DNA of 64,000 nucleotides from Octopus vulgaris (Eukaryota). A program made the translations under genes and the position numbers. The notes beneath the pieces are model-generated. The model was not told the origin of the DNA. It did not search any database and saw only the letters and a program-made list of their open reading frames with translations. Below, piece after piece: positions 1-12,269 of the stretch (within the stretch, counting starts at the first letter, position 1; the number at the start of each line of letters is the position of its first letter). The stretch spans positions 113,274,001 through 113,338,000 of the forward strand of contig OX597818.1 in NCBI GenBank assembly GCA_951406725.2, written 5' to 3'.

Positions 1-2044
1 AAGCTGTTTCTTTTCTATTTTTTGTCTTTTGGTAAAGATTTATTAACCATGCAACAATTCTTCAAATACGACATTACATGCATACACTTCTACCCAAACT
101 AAGGCCTCTATTCTAGAACTAACAGCCAAACGCCGCTTCCCTTTCACATTACACTGCCGCTTTAAAAACAACGAATGAACCCCTTCCGTAATGAAGTTTT
201 AGATACCTCTAAAAGGACTGAACATGTAGTTCTGCAACATCTTTTATCATAATTATGTTTGATCATTACTGATCACAAGCTAAGAAATAAAGAACGATAC
301 TAATTTCATCGATTTATCAATAGCGGTAAACAAAACTGAACGCAGTAACATGACAAATCAATAATATGAGGTTAAAAGTACCTTGTTGCACCGCTTCTGT
401 CAGTGTACACAACATCTCTATCTTCCTATATATATATCGCTCTCTATCTCTCTCTCTAGCTCTCCCCCTTTCTTCCTTACTATCACTCCCTCTCTCTTTC
501 TCCTTCAAATGATGGTTGACCTTCACTTACACAAGCTTTGGTGCCAGTTTTAGAAGTGTGGATAGGGCATCCGTAGTCTTTTACTGCAAGACCCGGTGCA
601 TAACCCACTGACAATAAAAGCTACTGACGTGAAGTATCAAGACAAGAGAAGTACAATTGTGTACAATGATTATTCACTTAATATAAGAAAGTTCGGTCAG
701 GCCTGACGTTTCTTTATTAAGTGCTTTAGAGTGTTAAATATATGTAATGCTTGTAATGTCTCGAATATCGGTTGAATTAGTCTGAAAGTAAAAACTGAGC
801 TCGTAATTCTTTTTGAATCAATAAACCAGAACGTATATAGAATTTTTATTTTCTTAATAATGCAAAATACTACAACTAAACTTTTTGAGACAATTGTCTA
901 AAATTCAGATTAATTAGACATGAAACTTAACACATGTATAATTTCGTAATTGCAGGGGTTTCTATTAAAACTGACAGGATGTATGGAAGTATATGCATTC
1001 CAAGATGAGGGTAATAATTTGGCACGTCGGTAGCTGGAATTTTGCGTCGAGGCACAGTTTTCCAATGAAGCGGGTTATCTGATGTATGAATGTTTTTGAA
1101 TATCTTCTGCTCCAGGTAGAAAATCCGAATTAAGAATATTATATAAGACCAAACCCGGCAATAGGCGTGGCAATACACTTTCTTGAAGCTCCACGGAAGC
1201 CAAATTCTAAATTCAATGCGACGGTTTTGAGGGAATTATTAATCCCTGATCAACAAACGATTTCCAGAATTTCTTGAAAGTAATTTTTTTAAAAAGAAAT
1301 ACATTTAAGTCATATATATATATTGTGGTAATTAATAAAGCAGGGCATGGCAGGGTACTACTGCTAACCGATATATAAATTTGGCTCCAGTTTGTTTAAA
1401 TAAATTTACGTGTAGTGATATCAACTTAAAAGTTATTGTTTTATGAATAATAGTAAGCTTTGTTATGATGGAACTTTCATGCTGAGAGTTCTCCAGTTAT
1501 TCAATATTTCAACATTTGATTCAGATTTGTAAAAAGTTGGGCTACAAAGGTGTTGGTTTTTATTTATGAAATGAATTAAGTATCGCGTTATTGCTTATGA
1601 AGTATGTTTTGTCTAAAGCCAAAATCATGAACTACTCAGTGAAAATCGCGTTTTTATGACATCAAGAATTCAAACTGACTGTTGTAAAGTTGAAGGACAT
1701 TTTACGCTTATCTTATTACTATTACTACCTCTCGTGCCAAAAACTGCGACACATTTAAAATCAAGGTATTGTTGGTTTCAAACTGCTTTTGTTCATAACA
1801 ATCTGCGATCTTCTTTGCAATAGTTTATCGTTGATTCGATAACAGCAAAGCTCTCAAAATGATATTTTCGCACCAAAATTGCAAATAGATTCATTATCAC
1901 TACAACTTCTATAACGAAATCACAAGAGAAACCATTATAAATTAGCTTGCACGAGACTATATCCACAATTAGTTGCTAATGTCTTGCGTAAGCAAGAATG
2001 TAATAAATTTGCATTTCGTCACTTGATAATAAAAATCACCAATT

Positions 2045-2195
2045 TCTACAATAGGCACAAGGCCTGAAATTTTTGGGGAATGGACTAGTTGATTATATCG
2101 ATGCTAGTCTTTTACTGGTACTTAATTTACCGACCCCGAAAGGCTGACAAGCAATGGCGACCTGGGCAGAATTTGAATTCAGAGTAGTGGAGCCG
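2045..2195 (-). mobile_element. tRNA-derived SINE family A (tail variant A2), 5'-truncated and decayed
   Basis: Matches the recurrent body ACTGGTACTTAATTTA..CGACCCCGAAAGG...GAATTTGAA and the GGCACAAGGCCTGAAATTTTGGGG tail, variants of which occur at 22.2, 43.4 and 56.2 kb. Confidence 0.75.
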
Positions 2196-2199
2196 GAGA

Positions 2200-2680
2200 C
2201 TAGCAAAATACTCTGGGATTTCCGAATCCAAACAGATTAGGTGATAGGGCATAACAGGCCGGACCTAGTTGTGGTCGACAAGATACACCACATATGCTCC
2301 ATAGTTGAAGCTGCATGCCCCTTTGATCCACGAACAGTGAAGAAGGAAAGCGAAAAGATAGAGAGTTACAACCCTCTTAAGTACGAAATAGCCCGGCTAT
2401 GGAAAATGAAGGTGAAGATAGTGCCAATTATTGTTGAGTCTTTGGGAACAGTATCAGAAGGGATCAAGAGGAATATAAAGGAAATTGGAATAGCGTACCC
2501 AGTAGAACTGTTAGAAAAGGTGTACCTCCTTGGCATGGCCAGAATTATCAAGAAAGTATTAGATAGCTGAAAAGGATGGACAACATGGTACGGTAGTTTG
2601 CAGGTAGCAAGCCCGCTACGCATGCAAGACTGCAGGAGTTCAAACAAAACCTGCGATAAATAGAAAATAATAGTAATGAA
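2200..2680 (+). mobile_element. 3' fragment of a Dong/R4-type non-LTR retrotransposon (restriction-like endonuclease domain plus 3' UTR)
   Basis: Reads ILWDFRIQTD*VIGHNRPDLVVVDK...IVEAACP...EKIESY.PLKYEIARLW...IVPIIVESLG, the PD-(D/E)xK endonuclease C-terminus of R4/Dong; ends in a TAA-rich tail. Confidence 0.88.
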
Positions 2681-3010
2681 TGCTTGAAATTTTGTGGGGC
2701 CCACGGCAAGGAATTTGGAGAGAAGGGGTTAGTCGATTGCATAAAATCCAGGGCTTCACAGATATTTATTTTATCGACCTTGAAATGTCAAAGGACAAAG
2801 ATGAATTCGGTGGAACTTTAACTTCGAACGTAAAGAAGCGGAATAAAAGCAGCACAGCATTTTCTCCGGCACTGTATTGATTCAACAAAACACGGACTCT
2901 TCATTGTTTATAATTAAGTCACAAGGATGGCAATTTTAGGGAGAGTGGCTAGTTAATTAAATCGGCTCTAGTACTAGACTGGTAGTATTTATCGACGACA
3001 GAAGAATAAA
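2680..3010 (-). mobile_element. Two heavily decayed SINE family A remnants
   Basis: TTAGTCGATTGCAT...TTTATCGACCTTGAAA...GGAACTTTAACT..GAACGTAAAG and a second ...ACTGGTAGTATTTATCGAC module. Confidence 0.55.
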
Positions 3011-3201
3011 ATAGAAGTGAAATTAATAAATGTAAACATTCGTATACAGTAATATAATCAGTCGACCATCCTCATCTTCTGTGAAAAAGAAACGAGACAA
3101 TAACATAAACTGGCTCAAGCTGCTCTGAAGCAACTAAGTTTATACAAACATTTGTGAGTACACATGCATCTGTGCCTGGGTATCTGTATGAGTTTTTGAC
3201 T

Positions 3202-3277
3202 AACCGTATATGTATAGTGGGTCACCAGCTTAGCCAAATCTCTGTGGTCAAGCTAGTGACCCACTATACATACAGTT
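3202..3277. repeat. Near-perfect inverted repeat (hairpin)
   Basis: TATGTATAGTGGGTCACCAGCTT (3209-3231) pairs with AAGCTAGTGACCCACTATACATA (3250-3272) at 22/23 positions, with an 18-nt loop. Confidence 0.9.
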
Positions 3278-3710
3278 CTAAAATGCTTGTGAATTATGTG
3301 CTCATGTTTGCTATTGTGTAATCGTTTATGCAAATATGTCATTTTGTTAAGGCGTTTTCTTCGCAATCATGTCATTGCACGTTTGATTACACTGAAGGAC
3401 GGGAAAAAGGCGTTGAGTCAACCAACATCATATGAGTGAATGCTCTAAGAAGGAAAGCATGAGACGTCTATCCGACAGAATTTGTCATATCTAATTGAAA
3501 TTTGCTATCTTAGAACTACATCCGTGACATGGTGGGATGTGAACAGTGAAGGGATATTGTAAGCTTTGGAATTTTCCTCTTGGCACATTGACTCTACATT
3601 AATCCACGGGGAGTATTATTTCCTAAACTAGTAGGATCTTCTGAATTTATTGTATGTAATAATATATATCACAACGGTACATTCACTATATACGCAGTCA
3701 ATAAATTATG

Positions 3711-3785
3711 CAGGGTGTCCATAAAGTATCTTTACAAATTTAGTTGAGGAAATGTGGAGAATGTAAAGATAATTTACGGACCCTC
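3711..3785. mobile_element. Tiny MITE-like element with Tc1/mariner-style terminal inverted repeats (TIRs)
   Basis: CAGGGTGTCCATAAAGTATCTTTACA (3711-3736) is an imperfect inverted repeat of TGTAAAGATAATTTACGGACCCTC (3762-3785); CAGGGTG is a typical Tc1/mariner terminus. Confidence 0.55.
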
Positions 3786-4421
3786 ACCCCCACAGTGTTA
3801 TTATATATACTATTCCATATCTTGCAAAAATACTGAAAGACACGGTTGTAAATTGGAAAGCATTGATATGGTGGTTATTGGTATTTTATCTCCACTAGAA
3901 ATAATGGATCATGTTAATAATTTAGTCTGACATTGCACCGTGTATACAAAGTCGTCTTGACAGAATTTTTTTATCTTTAACGTATTCGCGTAACGAAACT
4001 TTCGCAAATATATATGTATACCTTTGACCTGCCTTTCTACTTTACAACTCAGCGCCCTTATATTATCAGATATATAGCAGTTAAAACAAAACAAAAAACC
4101 ACACTCGATCTCTCGTCGTAGAAACTTTTTAAACACGATGTTCGTGTGTAGGTAACGCGTATATTCATGCATATTCATGAGTCGAAGGTTTGTTCAATTC
4201 ACAGAGCTGCTTCGTTGATAGAAATACATTTCATTTTTGATTAAAGATTAAATCCCAAGAAATGATGTAATGCCACGACGGCACATGGCCATACTATAAG
4301 TTAGAGAATTAGTTTTCTGGTTAAAAGAAAACATTGGAATCGAATGTCACATGGTATTGTAGGATCGATAAAAAGCAGCAACCGAGAAATATGAGCAGTT
4401 TTCGTTTCGAGTCCCAGTATT

Positions 4422-5563
4422 TCAAAAAGTTATATTATCATTGTTAATGCTACGGCTATCCTTGCCGTCAACAATATTCTCCTCTAGCTCAGCATCATCA
4501 TCATCATCATCATTCTCACTGTAATCATCATCATCTTCAGTATCCTCATCATCATCCTCCTCATCATCATCATCATCCTCATCATCATAATCAACATCAT
4601 CATCATCTCCACCTCCACCATCATTATCATCAGCAGCAGCAGCCTCCACATCATCATTAACATCATCATTCTCACTGTAATCATCATCATCATCATCCTT
4701 ATTATCATCATCATCATCATTCTCCTCCTCATCATCATCTTCAGTATCCTCATCATCATCTTCATCATTATCATCATCCTCATCCTCATCACTTTCATCA
4801 TCATCATCATCATCATTCTCACTGTAATCATCATCATCTTCAGTATCCTCATCATCATCTTCAGTATCCTCATCATCATCCTCCTCCTCCTCCTCATCAT
4901 CATCATCATCATAATCAACATCATCATCATCTCCACCTCCACCATCATTATCATCATCAGCAGCAGCCTCCACATCATCATCAACATCATCATTCTCACT
5001 GTAATCATCATCATCCTTATTATTATCATCATCATCATCATTCTCCTCCTCCTCATCATCATCATCATCTTCAGTATCCCTATCATCATCTTCATCATTG
5101 TCATCATCATCAACATCATCCTCATCCTCATCACTTTCGTCATCATAATCATCATCATCATCATCATCATCCTCATCACCTTCACCATCTCGACCTCCAC
5201 CATCATTATCATCATCAGCAGCCTCCTCATCATCATCAGCATCATCATTCTCACTATAATCATCATCATCATCATCATCATCAACACCATCATCATCATC
5301 ATCATCATCAACATCGTATATAACCTAATCATTAAATAAATGTTTGCAAGAAAAACAATCTTCTTTTACGTTTAATAATCACGTTAGTTTCAAAACTAAA
5401 TTAACGAAGTCAGTTTCCAAACAGAATAAAAGAATAAAACGGACTTGCTTTCACCGCTTTACTCACTTACCATTTCTTCACCATCAACGCCCCCTATTTC
5501 GCAGTCAGTTTGTTTTCCCTGCTCTTTATTTTTCTTTGTTACTTTCTCACTACAGTTTATCAT
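4422..5563 (-). CDS. Candidate two-exon gene for an extremely acidic Asp/Glu-rich protein (~331 aa); exon 1 5563-5471, exon 2 5324-4422
   Basis: The Asp frame is open for 301 codons from 5324 to TGA at 4422, immediately after TAG (acceptor) with an upstream T-rich tract and CTAAC. Donor ATG|GTAAGT at 5471/5470 joins in phase 0 to give MINCSEKVTKKNKEQGKQTDCEIGGVDGEEM|VIYDVDDD...AELEENIVDGKDSRSINNDNITF*. It could also be a non-coding microsatellite. Confidence 0.4.
4490..5315. repeat. Compound (ATC/GAT)n trinucleotide array with higher-order repeats
   Basis: About 830 bp of TCA repeats with recurring blocks (TTCTCACTGTAA, TCTTCAGTATCC, CCACCTCCACCA, GCAGCAGCCTCC), all length changes in multiples of 3. 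Confidence 0.95.
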
Positions 5564-6005
5564 TGTATCTTCTTTTTTCTTTTTCTTTTCTTGTTGTTAT
5601 ATTTTTTTTATCTCTTCGCATTTCTTCGTAAATGGAGAGAGTTTCTTATGTTTAATGAGGTTTCAATGCAATGATAAAATCTTGCTTTGAGGTCGGTCAC
5701 GATACGAAGATAAACTCGGAACTTGCAATTTATTTCAAATCACACAGAAACACACAACTTAGCACACAAACAAACAAACACACGCACACACACACACGGA
5801 CGAACGAACACAAGGACACACACATATATGTATACATAGATGCACGTGTCTTATGCGTCTATGTATATGTATACGTGTATATGTGACTGTATGTGTTTAC
5901 AGAGAGAGAGAGAGAGAGACAAATGAGGGGAGAGAGGGCCAAAAAGGAAGAGAGAAAGAGAGAGAGAAAGGAGAGAGAGATATGGTAATAGAGCTATACT
6001 GTTAT

Positions 6006-6006
6006 C

Positions 6007-6051
<45 letters not shown>

Positions 6052-6137
6052 GTACACAGACAGACAGACAAACAGACAGAGGGATAGATAGATAGATAGA
6101 TAGATAGACAAATATATATACAGAGCGAGAGAGGGAC

Positions 6138-6191
<54 letters not shown>

Positions 6192-6227
6192 GTACACAGA
6201 CAGACAGATAGATAGAGGGACAGAGAC

Positions 6228-6267
<40 letters not shown>

Positions 6268-6441
6268 ATAGATATACAGAGCGAGAGAGGGATAGATAGA
6301 TAGATAGGTACACAGACAGACAGATAGATAGAGGGACAGAGACATAGATAGATATATATATATATATAGATAGATAGACAAATAGATATACAGAGAGCGC
6401 GAGGGACAGATAGATAGATAGATATATAGATAGATAGATAG
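6006..6441. repeat. (GATA)n/(GACA)n microsatellite with duplicated blocks
   Basis: Directly visible; generates the spurious YLSI/IYLS ORFs. Confidence 0.95.
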
Positions 6442-6672
6442 ATTTCTTTATTGGCCACACAGGGCTGAACACAGAGGGGATGAAATACAAAGTAAAGCTT
6501 TTCTTTTGGGGAAGAAAAGAAAAAATGGGCAGTAGAAATTCGATCAAAAGGGATCGTGGAAAAAGGGAAAAAAAGGCCAATCAATAGGGATCGTGTATCA
6601 CAGAAATGTCATAATGAAACAGATTAGGTTTATCCGTGGAAAGAAGAGCCTACGGAAAAGACCACGGTAACC
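6441..6672 (-). mobile_element. 3' end of an unidentified retroposon whose tail resembles the SINE A1 tail
   Basis: Minus strand ends CCCCTCTGTGTTCAGCCCTGTGTGGCCAATAAAGAAAT running into (CTAT)n; SINE A1 ends CCCCTCTGTGTTTAGCCCCTTGTGGGTAGTAAAGAAAT. Confidence 0.55.
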
Positions 6673-6677
6673 AGATC

Positions 6678-6943
6678 CCAGATCTCAATATTATTGAACA
6701 CTTACAGTGCATTTTAGAAAAACAAGGAAGGAGTCGATATTCTCCACCATCATGACTACACGAACTGGAGACTGCTTCAGCTGAAGAATGGACAAAAATT
6801 CCTTTGGAAACAACTGAAGCTTTGTAAGAGATCATACCTCGTAGAATTCAAGCTGTAATTACTAGCAAAGTTGGTCGTAACCCATATTAAAATAAATTTG
6901 ATTGAACTTTTAAGGGTTTTCCATTATTTTGCCCAGCCCCTAT
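6678..6943 (+). mobile_element. Tc1-like transposase C-terminal remnant with right TIR
   Basis: PDLNIIEHL..ILEKQ...ELETASAEEWTKIPLET...IPRRIQAVI..KVGRNPY* with internal stops, followed by TIR-like TTTCCATTATTTTGCCCAGCCCCTATA. Confidence 0.85.
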
Positions 6944-8662
6944 ACATCTGTCAATTTCTGCCAATGTTACAAAAGCTATACGTATAATGTTTCAACCTGT
7001 TTATGCATTGTATTAGAAGTCATTATTTTTGTCACATACATCCGTAAATATATTAACAAGAAAGAGGTACGAGAATTTTATTGCGTGCTTATATACTCAA
7101 TGTGTTGCCGTTTAAACAAATAGTTAGCCATAATGAATTCAGAAGATCATACAAGTTTATGATAGAATATTCTTCATAGTTTCACGCAAAATCAATGTCT
7201 CAAGAGAGAGCATTGCAATGCATTCGACCTTTCTTTGAATTTGTGCTTCACGCCTACAAGTAACGTAGTTCTAAGATCAGAAGCTTCAATTAAAATGGTG
7301 AGATAGTGTTATATATAATATATGTGGCATCATGCAATTTCACTCTTTCTATTTTTCATATCTGGTTATCTGAGAGGAAAACGAATGTCGATGCATGCAT
7401 GCATCTAATGTTGAAGACCTTTGAGGGAATAAGAAGGTTATTCAATTTGAATATTGCACTCTGCGGATGCTTATGAAATGTAGCGAAGAATAATTTACGA
7501 TGAGTATGCACAAATGATCGAATTAGGAGGTGACTATTGCACTGAGACTGTCATCAGGAAATATTTGGAATATTACTGAAAATTGTGAATAAGAAAATAA
7601 AAGCGCCTCAGGTATACAGGCATGAATGTATATGTGTTTGTGTGTGTGTGTATGAATGCAATCGTGTTAATGTGTGTTCATTTGAAATTATGAACAAGTG
7701 ATAAGTGGTGACGTTAACATATACAAACAGGATTATTTGCAAAGCTTTGAGATAACTCTACGAATCCAGTGTGAGTAATATCACGCCTTCTGTTTCTCAA
7801 AGTTTCTACCCAAAGACATGGAGAGTGGATTATAATACTGCAAAGCAATTTTTATCTCTAAAACACGGGTTAATTCTCCATGATACTGGACATTATTGAT
7901 CCGAGGATGATCGATTTAAAGGCAGAGTTTACGAACAAACCAGGTCTGCATAGGAAACTTGGGATCGCTAGCTATAATAAATTAGAAAATTTACTGGGTA
8001 TATGTACAATTTATGCTTTCTAAGGATTTAGATAATGTGGCGTCCTTGTAGTATCTTCTTAATGCTCCTCATCATTATTATAATATTAATTATGCTAACA
8101 GAAACAAGATCAATGCCTTTATTTTCTTCCTTGATACATAAATGTAAAATCTCATTGCTATGTAATCGATTCTAAACATTGAAGAACAGTGTTGGTGACT
8201 TAAACGCGGTTGCTATTGTCACATACGTAGGACCTATAGTCAGTGGCGATTCTGCTTTACCAATGTCACAGAATACATTGTATAATGATACCAGGTCCTC
8301 TTCTTTCAAAATAGCAAATTGTGATCTGGGTGGTGTTTGTGGAAGTTCGAGCCACTGATTTTTCAATGTTATTTGGAAAATTGTTTATGCTTGTATGTTT
8401 TAGACAGGATTACAAGGTTAGAAACTATGACCACTTAATTTTACACATCATGTTTGAGACTCGTCATAGAATGTAGGACACACTCATTAGACCAGAGACA
8501 TATTCCTGTGGCTTCAACACAGTATACTCAGCTGTTTGATAATTTTGCCACTCTCCTACAACGGAGCGAAATAAGGAATCGGATCTTATCCCACAAGACT
8601 GTTCATCTGTGCTCTAACAATACACACGAATTTACAAGTCTGGACTCACTTTTAATGTATGA

Positions 8663-8778
8663 AACAAGAACGACCCATTTCTCAACCGAATTGTGACTTG
8701 CGATGAAAAGTGGATTCTTTAAGACAACCGGTGACGCTCATCTCAGTGGTTGGACGCCGACGAAGCTCCACGGTACTT
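8663..8778 (+). mobile_element. Mariner transposase fragment (first catalytic Asp motif)
   Basis: NKNDPFLNRIVTCDEKWIL*DNR*RSSQWLDADEAP matches the mariner FL.RIVTGDEKW motif. Confidence 0.85.
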
Positions 8779-9600
8779 AATGTATGGAAGTAATAATGAC
8801 GAAGTTTACTTTAGAGGATTTGGAATTCTAAGCAGAATAACTCAGAAAACAAATAGCACATTAAAAACATCGAGAACAATATACGTTTGTATCGGATGTT
8901 AAAAAAAACACAAACATATTTGTCCATTTCTGTAACCAACTGTCATGTTTTTCAATCCAGAATTCTTGTGAAATGGATTAAGATAAGAACTTCTGGTAAT
9001 TAACCATGCAGCTCATTCCAAACTAATATGGCCTAAATCCCTATTGTGTTGGACATTGTACTACATATTCCAAGTTCTGAACTGTATCACCATCAGCTTA
9101 AAATAGTGTCATTGTGAGATTCCTCTAGGTTTTGGAGTTCAACTGTTTGCTTTTTTGTACTCCCCTTGATTAGTGATGACTGGGAATTAGGTTTTAGAAC
9201 AACCCATTGGATTATAGCTCTGGTAATTCCACTAATCCATTCATAGGTTGCAGAATGAGCAGCTGTTAAAGAATCTTTGTAAGCTATCATCTAGATAGTG
9301 TTTATGCCAATATTTAATATATCACTTGTACAAAAGCGCCATGATTATCACATTTGCTATGCTATCACATGTGTTTATCAAACCAACCAACAGCATGCCA
9401 TCTGGATGACATCTATGAGATTCCTGCCTCATTTAAAGAGCTACTAAATTAACAACAACTGTCTGAAGAATATCATACAATAAAATCGTAGAATCAAAGC
9501 AGGGACAGATCACAGGTTAGCTTCAAAAGATGATTAATTTTACTCTAATTATTACAATTTATCTTTGGTCTTGAGAATATCTAAGACTCTTTTCTTCACC

Positions 9601-9690
9601 GTCATCATCATCATCATCCTCACCATCTTCTTCTTCTTCTTCTTCTTCTTCTTCTTCTTCTTCTTCTTCTTCTTCTTCTTCTTCTTCCTC
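9601..9690. repeat. (ATC)n/(TTC)n microsatellite
   Basis: Directly visible. Confidence 0.95.
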
Positions 9691-9904
9691 ATCCTTTTTC
9701 GTTTTCTTCCTCTTCCGAGTTTTCCTTCCTCTTCATCGTCATCGTTTTCCTCTTACGCTGCCGCAAACAAGATACGTTTCAAAACGCCGCAAAGGAAATC
9801 TGTCCTCATTTGTTAAGTCCTCAGTTCCCTTTTGTATAAATCTGCCAAAAACATCCAAGAAGTTCAGTTGTTTACTTCCTCAATGTGGTAATCTCTCACA
9901 CTTA

Positions 9905-10095
9905 TATTTGTTTCAGTCATTTGACTACAACCATGCTGCAGCACCACTTTGAAGGATTTTAGAAGAACAAATCGAATCCAGGACTTATCTTTAAGCCTAG
10001 TACTTATATTATCGATCCTTTTTGCCGAACCGCTAATTTACAGGGACATTAACACACAAATACCGGTTGTCAAACGGAGAACGATTACAGATACA
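9905..10095 (-). mobile_element. SINE family B, 3' half
   Basis: Reverse complement matches 22800-22965 (GACAACCGG..GTCCC..TTAGCGGTTCGGCAAAA..ATAAGTAC..CAGCATGG..GTCAAATGACTGAAACAA). Confidence 0.8.
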
Positions 10096-10116
10096 CACAA
10101 GGCTAGATATATGCAC

Positions 10117-10194
<78 letters not shown>

Positions 10195-10196
<2 letters not shown>

Positions 10197-10436
10197 AAAT
10201 GCCTATTTCATTACTACCCACAAAGGGGCTAATCACAGAGGGGACAGACAAGGACAGACAAACGAATCAAGTCGATTACATCGACCCCATTGCGTAACTG
10301 GTACTTATTTAATCGACCCTGAAAGGATGAAAGGCAATGTCGACCTCGGCGGAATTTGAACTCAGAACGTAGCGGCAGACGAAATACCGCTAAGCATTTC
10401 GCCCGGCGCGCTAACGTTTCTGCCAGCTCGCCGCCT
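10195..10436 (-). mobile_element. SINE family A (A1 tail), full length
   Basis: tRNA-like head GGCGGCGAGCTGGCAGAAACGTTAG...GAGTTCAAATTCC (A/B boxes), central CCTTTCATCCTTTC.GGGTCGAT..AAGTACCAG block, and tail CCCCTCTGTG..TAGCCCC..TGTGGGTAGTAA; preceded by a (TA)n run. Confidence 0.92.
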
Positions 10437-11189
10437 TTTCACGCGTATCTGGTGCACTGAAACTGTATAGTAAACTGTCCCTTTCAATTATTACAGGTAG
10501 GGGTCTTACAAGAGACTTCTACAAAGTTTCTCTTTGCAGTTTTTTCACTCACCAAGCATGCACCAAACCGAGGCTGTCGAGAAATGCAACCGTTCGATAT
10601 AACTCGCAATGGAAACGAAACCGGGATACCATACTTGCGTAGTAAGCATATTTGCCATTCCGTTATGCAACCTTCAATATGTGAAATACCTGTGACTCAC
10701 GTTAATGTTATTCGTACATTGATAGATAAGACAGCTCTAACAATACAGCATAAAGTAATATATTTTTCTCTACGAATATGCTTCATTTACAAGAGTGAGA
10801 TAAATATTTTCCCAGCTCATTAATTAAAATGAAAGCCGAGAGAATGTTTGAATTAGCTACCAGAAAAGCGTTGTCACAGTAGAAGAATTAAATCGCGCTC
10901 CATAATATAATAAATCAATATAAACATTTATTGTTGTGATATATTTTCAGATATCTATTTATCAATATGTTAAAGGTATATCGTCTTATCTATAAAATAC
11001 TTTCTAATGCGATGCCCTCTAACCTAACTTTTTTTTATCGCATCTGTCAGTATCTTCATTAGTAGCACTACCATAGCGGGAGTTTTCGCTGCGAAAACAA
11101 CATCACTTTCATTTGCTTAATGAAAAATATCTACCTATAAGGAGAATGCAAAATAGTTATAAGAAATATATAGCATCCACTTATGATTC

Positions 11190-11340
11190 ATTCTATTTTG
11201 GCACAAGTCTAGCCATTTTGAAGAATAGGAAGTCGATTACATCGACTCCAGGGGTCAACAGGTACTTCTTTTTATCGCCACGGTAAGCATGAAACGCGGA
11301 CATGATCATTAATATTTGAATACAGAACGTAAAGAGTCGG
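11190..11340 (-). mobile_element. Decayed SINE family A (A2 tail)
   Basis: GGCACAAG...AGTCGATTACATCGACTCCAG...GGTACTT...TTTGAA..CAGAACGTAAAG. Confidence 0.6.
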
Positions 11341-12269
11341 GAAACCTCCATTTAATGAAGCCAAAAGAAACTAATGCCACATACATCCATACTTAAACAC
11401 TTTTATTTAGCTGTCGTTGTTTTGTTGATGGAGTGAGGGGCTCAACCCAAGACAGTTTTGAGGAAGCATAACTATAATAAATTGTATATTATAGGTTACC
11501 TTACCAATATTTCAGTATTTTTTCACCTCAGACTACACTACGCAATACCCATGTTAGGGTGCATCTTCCGACAGCTTAAGTTATACATTTGAAACAAGTT
11601 GAATGTGAAACTTATGAACAAATGCCACCCCAAGTTTGATTCTAAATATTTCATTTTGTAATTGTCCTAATGAATTTGATTATACTTTACGAATTTGAAT
11701 TATTGTAAGTCCGATTTTCAGTCAAATTTCAAAATTCTCAGTGAGATGACAGATAAATCGGTGGGAAAAAGTAACTGAAGTTGGTGACAATATGCATGTG
11801 TATTATTTTACGCTGAATTATTTGTGAGGACTTAAATTTATTCCAGAACCTCTTTGAACAATAACACAAACATTTTTATTTACCTTGGGTTTAGCTTAAA
11901 ATTGGATTTTTCTAGTGACATTCTGATCAATAATATGTGAATCTGTTTTAGATATGTGCAATATCAATATTATTATTGGCGACAATTAAAGAAAGCGATT
12001 GTTTATATTATAGAATTCTGAATGGAAATTTCGAAGTCATACTATTTGAACATTCTTGAAGAGGGAGCCATGTTGGATTTCTCAAAATTTTCTGTATCCC
12101 TACTACATGTAAAAGAACGTATTTCGTTAGTAACGGCTGTTTTTTTACTTTTGTAGAGGAATAAATATGATATTTAGATTATGTCTGTAATCTTTCGCTA
12201 CCTCAAGTGTCACCGTTACATTCACCCAGTTTGCAGTTCGAAATGAAATGGTACGGAGATGAGAAAGCT

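Noticed and set aside
927-1178. 83-aa ORF in relatively GC-rich unique sequence
   Set aside because: No recognisable motif in any frame and no convincing splice sites.
4484-5332. 282-aa poly-Met ORF
   Set aside because: Alternative frame of the GAT array; ATG repeats are automatically open and the composition is implausible.
5851-6584. Three overlapping 176-196 aa ORFs (YLSI repeats)
   Set aside because: Translations of the (GATA)n microsatellite.
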